DNA of 64,000 nucleotides from Azolla caroliniana (taxonomy: Eukaryota; Plantae; Polypodiophyta): contig JBHGNT010000005.1 in the NCBI GenBank assembly GCA_043228905.1, positions 11,780,001 through 11,844,000 of the forward strand. Direction: 5' to 3'. This document shows, piece after piece, positions 63,425 to 64,000 of the stretch. The number at the start of each line of letters is the position of its first letter. The first letter of the stretch is position 1. Below the pieces are notes generated by a model. The model ran no database searches. It was not told where the DNA came from and was given only the letters and a program-made list of their open reading frames with translations. The position numbers and the translations under genes are program-made.

Positions 63425-64000
63425 GTAGCTCATTAGCTATTCTAGTAGCTAATTAGCTATTTTAGTATCTTATTAGCTATTCTAGTAGCTAATTAGCTAT
63501 CATGGTAGCTACTAGACCAACTAATTAGCTACTACTTAGGTAACTGGCTACTCTCAATAGCTACTATCATGGTAGCTAATTAGTTGTCATGGTAGCTAAT
63601 TAGCTATTCTAGTAGTTAATTAGCTATCATGGTAGCTAATTAGCTGGTCTAGTAGCTAATTAGCTATCATGGTGGCTAATTAGCTATCCTAGTAGCTAAT
63701 TAGCTATCATGGTAGCTAATTAGCTTTCCTAGTAACTAATTAGCTATCATGGTAGCTAATTAGCTGGTCTAGTAGCTAATTAGTTGTCCTAGTAGCTAAT
63801 TAGCTGGTAATAACGAAATTAGCTATCCTAGTAGCGCTAATTAGCTGTCTTGGTAGCTAGTTAGCTATCATGGTAGCTAGCTAGCTATTTTGGTAGCTAA
63901 ATATCTGGTAGTACCTAAATTAGCTATTGAGAATAGCTAATTAGCTATCATGGTAGTAGCTATTGAGAGTAGCCAGTTACCTAAGTAGTAGTTATCCTAG
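63425..64000. repeat. TAGCTAATTAGCTA satellite (continues 57590-57635) in the upstream intron of the transposase
   Basis: Directly visible; split by chromovirus B; variant motifs are inverted relative to the 52745-53550 array. Confidence 0.92.

Larger units (their letters stand above)
50587..64000. mobile_element. Putative giant Sola2-like DNA transposon, locus 2 (transposase plus convergent accessory gene); right end outside the window
   Basis: Starts where the gypsy gag breaks off. The same TAGCTAATTAGCTA satellite occurs in introns of both genes and between them. Left boundary is approximate. Confidence 0.6.

Overview
Transposon-dense plant nuclear DNA with no recognisable host housekeeping gene. 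The Tcn1/sushi-like chromoviruses and the copia families suggest a seed-free land plant (inference). Most of the window is nested, decayed Ty1/copia and Ty3/gypsy LTR retrotransposons, with two near-identical young chromovirus copies (1-3972, partial; 57636-63424, complete, TSD GTAGC). Two loci encode intron-containing DDD transposases whose motifs (DFAENY / SDG..QFK / HGKGEHDG) I recognise as Sola2-like. The second locus (~50587 to >64000) looks like one giant DNA transposon. Its transposase converges on a spliced accessory gene (unknown domain, coiled coil, RING-H2, and a probable FCP1-like pseudophosphatase exon). Introns of both genes hold the same palindromic TAGCTAATTAGCTA satellite, and telomere-like repeats fill a putative 5' intron. 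The three Tcn1-like families share co-varying self-priming signals and an antisense tRNA-like segment in U3. Two of them also share a -1 frameshift signal and clear heat-shock-element arrays. All family assignments rest on motif recognition by eye; no searches were run.
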